A stretch of 55,601 nt of DNA, filler included, from Bipalium vagum (taxonomy: Eukaryota): the NCBI GenBank assembly GCA_037834085.1. It is 3 parts of 3 records of this genome, joined end to end, with 100 filler letters (N's around TTAATTAATTAA, not from the genome) between each part and the next. Parts side by side here need not be neighbours in the genome. Positions count along the whole stretch, not along the records: positions 38,985 to 55,601 come from JBBMKC010102631.1; 2 more parts are not named here. One strand, written 5' to 3'. Below, one piece after another: positions 50,466-55,601 of the stretch. The first letter of the stretch is position 1; each line of letters opens with the position of its first letter. The notes below the pieces were generated by a model. The model had not been told where the DNA came from and ran no database searches. It saw only the letters and a list, made by a program, of their open reading frames with translations. A program made the translations under genes and the position numbers.

Positions 50466-51530
50466 TTAAGTTTCTCCATGATTTGATAACGGTTGTATTT
50501 CAGTTGGGAGTTCCAAACTCGATAATTTTTTCATTTTCTTCTTCATTACTACTCTTCGTTGTCTTCTCCAGCGTTTTCTAATGTGGCAACACAGTGTTCC
50601 TGTAGACATGATTAACAATGCTGATCCACAAGCCCCTACGGCCATAACCCTATTTGTCATTCTCTTAACTGCTTCCAACTTTCGTTTTCTCGATCCTGGT
50701 TTTCCTTTCCTACTTCTCTTTGTGGAAACTATTGGTACCTGTCTCCTCACTTTCCAATCAATTCCCTCTTTTATTGGATTAATTTTAACAAAACGTCTAG
50801 TGCTTGATCCCGTTGTTGCTTCTACTGCCATGGTTTGCACATTTCCTGTGCTTGTTCTTCTTAACGTTGTGGTTTCTGTTCTCCGTTCTGGTGTCATTTC
50901 TCCACTCGCGCTCTTCATCGTTTTACTAGTACTCATGGTCATCCTCGGTGTAGTTGTGACCTTGCAACTTCGTTTCATTTCTCCACTTGTACTTGTTGTC
51001 CGTATCATAGCGGGTTTGAGTCCACGCCTGCTCGGTCCCTTTTCTTTGTGCGGTATATCTGTCTTTTCTTTGATGTTCGTTTGATTTTCCTTTGGGCATT
51101 TGATTTTCCTTGCTGAATCTTCTTCTACCTCTTCTTCCAAATTGTCCAAGTCCTCGTATTGACAGTCTTTAGCAGTTAACCATAAGACGGTGCTAAAGCT
51201 CTTCTGTGCTGTTAGAGCTTTCGATCCACAATTCGGAGTATATGATGGCTCTTCATCTATTTGTACAATCCCAAGAGTGTAAGTGGTATTGAAGCAAATT
51301 ATTAATATTTCTACTATTCTATACCCATGCTAATTTCGATTTCTAGGGCCCAAAAAGATAACTTCGAACTGCGCAATGTCGGTCTTGTTTACATGCTCCT
51401 TCACTCTGATGTAAATATTATCTTTGACACTCTATGGTTATTGTCTCCCCCGCTGTTCCAAAAATCATCATCATTATTAAGGGTAGCCAAAACCATCTTG
51501 GTGGTTTAACATTTGCTACCAGGTTCCTCT
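50466..51530 (-). pseudogene. env-position gene of the gypsy element: predicted type I membrane glycoprotein with mucin-like stalk
   Basis: Signal-like RWFWLPLIMMMIFGTAG-ETITIEC, then a roughly 100-aa domain with 4 Cys and NKT/NTT sequons (1 frameshift, 1 stop). This is followed by a Thr/Ser-rich region (TTSTSGE..VTTTPRMTMSTSKT..TETTTLRRTST), a TM-like VMAVGACGSALLIMSTGTLCCHI and a basic stop-transfer RKRWRRQRR. Confidence 0.65.
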
Positions 51531-54500
51531 CTGGATCGTAACGGGTATCGTTCCTTGGTCTGTTCCACCATTTTTTTGCATCGATTGGCGTGGACTATAA
51601 ATGATGATCCTGATTTCCGAGTGTTCACTAGAGATAGACTAGTTGGTGTCACATTTTCTACGGTGTATGGACCTTTAAATGTTCTCTAAAGTTTCGGCGT
51701 TTTTCCTCTTATTGGTTCTGGTGTCTCGACCATTACTTTATCACCAATTCTGAAATTATGCTCCTTCGCCGTCTTGTCATAACGTTCCTCGTACTTCTCC
51801 TGGCCATATTTTATATTAAGTCCCGCTTTCTCCCACGCCTCTTGAAGTCTCTCCTGCATAATGACTTTATAATCTTCTTCTTCTACATATTTTGATATCG
51901 GTTTCACATACTCAAGATCAATGGGCATGTTGTTATTTCTTAAATACATCAGGTAAAATTTTGTTTTTCCTGTTGCTGGATGGACTGCGTTCCTATACGC
52001 AAACAAATATGAGGATATATGAACGTTCCAATCCGTCTGGTGTTTGTTTGTATATGACGATAACATTTTAAGCAACGTACCATTAAATCGTTCTACTAAG
52101 CCATCTGTTTGTGGCCTGTATGGTGATATATTGAGCTTCAAGATAGCAAACAATTCGCAAATTTCCTTTATTAATTCATTCATAAAATTCTTTCCTCTGT
52201 CCGTTAAAAGTTTTCTCGGGGCTCCATATCTGAAAACAATGTCTTCCACAAAGATCTATAGTTGCTGCTTTCTGATTTTTCATCGCATAAGCCTCTGGCC
52301 ATTTCGTAAAATATTCGCAGAGAACTATTATGAATCTATTCCCCGATATTGTTTCCGGCAATGCCCCAACGACGTTCATTGCTCCATTTCTATCGGTGTT
52401 GCAGGTGTTGAAATTGGCTTTAATGGAACTTTTGTTTTAGCTCCCGTTCCTCTGCGTGTCTGACAAATCTTGCAGGATTGACAAAAATTCCTAATATCTA
52501 GCTCCATTTTAGGCCAAAGATATGTTCGTGATATTCTTGATAAAGTTTTTCTAGCTGACAAATGGCCTCCTAACGCTCCATCGTGGTACTGCATCATTAT
52601 TGGTTCTCGGTCCTTACTATGTACCACGTAACATGGCTCTTGATTTTTACTAAAATATAATATGCATTTCTTTATTTTAAATTTGTCCTTTAACTTATCC
52701 CAATTCTTTTCCCAATCTTCAGGAATATTTCCTTCCATGCACCTCTTGATTAGTTCTATTTCTTCCTCTGCCTTCTGATCGTTTTCTCTAGAGTCCACCA
52801 TATTCACTCTTCTGATTGTTGCTAACACAGTTTCATCTTCTTTGCCAAATTGATCATCTTCTCTGGATAATCCCCTTTTTTCATTCGGGATAAAGTATCG
52901 GTGTTTTCAGTGGCCTCTCCTTTTCGATATCGAATTTCTATATTGTATTTCTGTAATATTAAGGCCCATCGGATAAGTCTACTTGCCTTATCCCTGTTTT
53001 TCAATAGCCATTGTAAGGAACTGTGGTCTCTAAATAAGATAGTTTTCTGTCCCCACAATTAGTGTCTGAACTTCTTCACTGCAAACTATCGCCAAGGCTT
53101 CTTTCTCGATCGTCGCGTAATTAAGCTCGTGCTTCTTCAATCCTCTACTGGCGTAGGCTATGACATGATCTTTTTCACCTTCTGCCTGTTGCGCTAGCAC
53201 TGCTCCAACTGCATAACCACTAGCGTCCGTCATTAGCAGAAAAGGTTTCGTCATGTCTGGATACCGCAATACTGGTTCTCGTATTAGCTGTTCTTTCAAT
53301 TGTTCAAAAGCCTTCTGTTGTTCTTCTCCCCAAATGAATTTATCAGTTTGTTTCTCTATTATATTCACTAACTTCTCTCGCTTGGCTTTTCTCTTCATTG
53401 CTTTCGTCTCTCCTTTCAACAAATCATTCAAGGGTGTCGCTATTTTGGCATAATTCTTAATGGATCTTCTATAATATCCTGCCAATCCTAGACATTCTCT
53501 AACTTCCCTCGTATTTCGAGGTATCGCAAATTTCTCTACTTTCTTCACATTTTCCGGATCTGGTCTAATTCCTGATCCTGACACTATATGACCCACGTAT
53601 TTTACTTCACTTTTTGCCCACTCACATTTGGTGGGTTTCACTTTCAAACCTGCGACTTTAAGTCTTTGCAATACTGCCGCTATGTCCTTTATGTGCTCGT
53701 CCTCGTTAATGGAAAATATAATAATATCGTCCAAATAGACCATAGCGTGTTCCACATCCATCAAAATCAAATTCATTACTCGCTGAAACGTTGCCGGAGC
53801 TCCCGTTAATCCAAATGGGATTTTATTGTACTGATACAATCCTTTACTAGTCACAAAAGTCGTGATTTCTTTACTTTCTCGATTCATGGCTACTTGATTG
53901 TATCCTTTTCGTAGGTCCCTCACAGTGAATATCGTGGATCTCTTAATCTTCTCGAACATCATTTCGATGACCGGTATAGGACATATATCTTTCCTTGTTA
54001 CTTCGTTCACCTTCCTGTAGTCGATACACATTCGAATAGAACCATCTTTTTTCTTCACCATCACTATTGGCGATGCCCACGGTGATGAACTTGGTTCTAT
54101 GGTTCCAACTTTTAACATGTCTGTTATCTGCTGATTGATTTCCTCCTCTAACGCATATGGTTGTTTATATGCTCTTAGCTTGATTGGGGTTGACTCAATA
54201 AGAATAATTTTGTGTTTGAGTCTGAGTACATCCCAAATCATAGTCATCTTTGGCAAATACCTTGTCATATTTAAAAATTACTTTTTATAGATTTTCCCGT
54301 CAAATTTGGACTCACGATCACCGTCGGCTTGTACTTCTTAATTGCGTTTGGTTTTATCACATTAATTGAATCTACATAAGACTCCTCGGTTAATGGTTAT
54401 AGCTGTCCAATTCGCGTCTTTGCGTACAAATGTTTTTCCTTAACATCGAAATTTACAACTCAATGGTATTTTTCCGTCTTTAATTTCTGTAACCTCGTCC

Positions 54501-54610
54501 ATTGCACCGTGTAGCCATCGTAATTCGATACTGGGATTGAAATTCATTGCTCCTTCACCCTGCACTCCAGCTGTTGCAATAGCAAATTTTCATTTAATAT
54601 AATGTCTTTG
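51506..54610 (-). mobile_element. Ty3/gypsy pol (RT-RNase H-integrase), lightly decayed
   Basis: SSPWASPIVMVKKKDGSIRMCIDYRKVN, PFGL..APATFQR, YLDD, RNase H TDAS.YAVGAVL, HHCC (HDGALGGH..CKIC), LLTDRG..F, PQTDGLVERFN, a GPY motif and terminal RYPLRSR. Order RT-RH-IN. Confidence 0.97.
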
Positions 54611-54612
54611 TA

Positions 54613-55430
54613 CGAGGGTAGGATAAAAGTTCGCTGCCTAACAAAGAAATAACAAACTTATTGACAAAATTATATTTATTTTTTAACATAGTCTCCTTGC
54701 AATTCAATACATTTATTCCAACGATATTCAAGTCTTTTAATATCATCAGCATAATATGATTTATCAATGGCTTTCAAAATATGATTCAGTTTCACATTGA
54801 CCCTCCACATTTGATCTGAATCGTTTTCTTGCAAGTGACTTCTTCAAGTTTGAAAACAAGAAAAAATCACTGGGAGCCAAACCTGGAGAGTACGTCGGAT
54901 GAGGAAGCAATTCATATCGAAGTTCATGGAGTTTAGCTTGTGCAACTGTTGAAGAATGAGCTGGTGCGTTGTCATGATGAAAAAGAACCTTTTTTCTTGC
55001 TAAATGAGGACGCTTATTCTTGATCTCGTTATTCAATTTGCTCAATAATGAAGCATAATATACTCCTGTAATGGTTTTCCCTTTCTCTAGATTATCAATC
55101 AATATTATGTCTTTTGCATCCCAAAAAACGGTTGCCATGACTTTTCCTGCTGAAGGAACAACTTTTGCTTTTTTTGGTGCACCTGAACCTGCTTCTACCC
55201 ATTGCTTTGACTGCATTTGTTTCTGGGGTATGATGGTGTACCCATGTTTCATCAACAGTAACGAATCGCCGTAGAAATTCATTTGGATTCGACTGAAACA
55301 TCTGTAAGCATTGAATTGACAGATTCATTCTTTGACGCCTTTGATCAATGGTTAGCAAACGTGGCACTCATCTTGCAGATAGTTTTTTCATATTTAAATG
55401 GTTGTGTAGTATGAAATTTGTAGATAATGA
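54613..55430 (-). mobile_element. mariner (DD34D) transposon inserted at TA upstream of the gypsy RT, 5'-truncated
   Basis: TIR CGAGGGTAGGATAAAAGTTCG after TA at 54611-54612. VPRLLT, FVTVDETWVH, GKVMATVFWD, HHDNAPAH and YSPGLAPSDFFLF, with a frameshift. Confidence 0.93.
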
Positions 55431-55601
55431 AATTGCCAACTTTAATTGTTGTTTATTTGTTATCGGCTTGATATTTTACCATTCTGTTTTTTGCGTTGGT
55501 AAATTATATATCTGTCTTGTTTGTAAATATCATTTTAATCTGATAAAGTATAAATCAATTGTTTAAATTAATCATTTTTATTAAAAATGGATATATCGGA
55601 A

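Overview
Very AT-rich eukaryotic genomic DNA, most likely from a divergent bilaterian invertebrate (it contains an aminergic GPCR exon). The organism cannot be named from the sequence. All gene models below were spliced by hand. There are five host genes: a 9-exon PH+GLTP lipid-transfer gene (PLEKHA8/FAPP2-like, +), a Nup62 homologue that has essentially lost its FG domain (-), the proteasome ATPase PSMC3/Rpt5 (-), an isolated TM1-TM2 exon of a D2-dopamine-like GPCR (-), and the 5' part of PEX1 (-, cut by a gap). Most introns are 37-59 nt, but a few are kilobase-sized and filled with transposon relics. The rest of the window is decayed mobile DNA: many mariner/Tc1/maT/pogo remnants, a MITE, two Ty3/gypsy elements, an R2/NeSL-type endonuclease fragment and three Polinton/adintovirus protein-primed PolB fragments of two different types. 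The most unusual item is the gypsy element at about 48.4-54.6 kb. After integrase it carries a signal-peptide/Cys-domain/mucin-stalk/TM 'env-position' gene unlike a classical fusogen. Downstream of the polypurine tract, inside what should be the 3' LTR, it carries a second long ORF that begins at a splice acceptor and contains SUMO-interacting-like motifs. Two 100-N gaps contain an artificial TTAATTAATTAA linker, so adjacency across them is uncertain.
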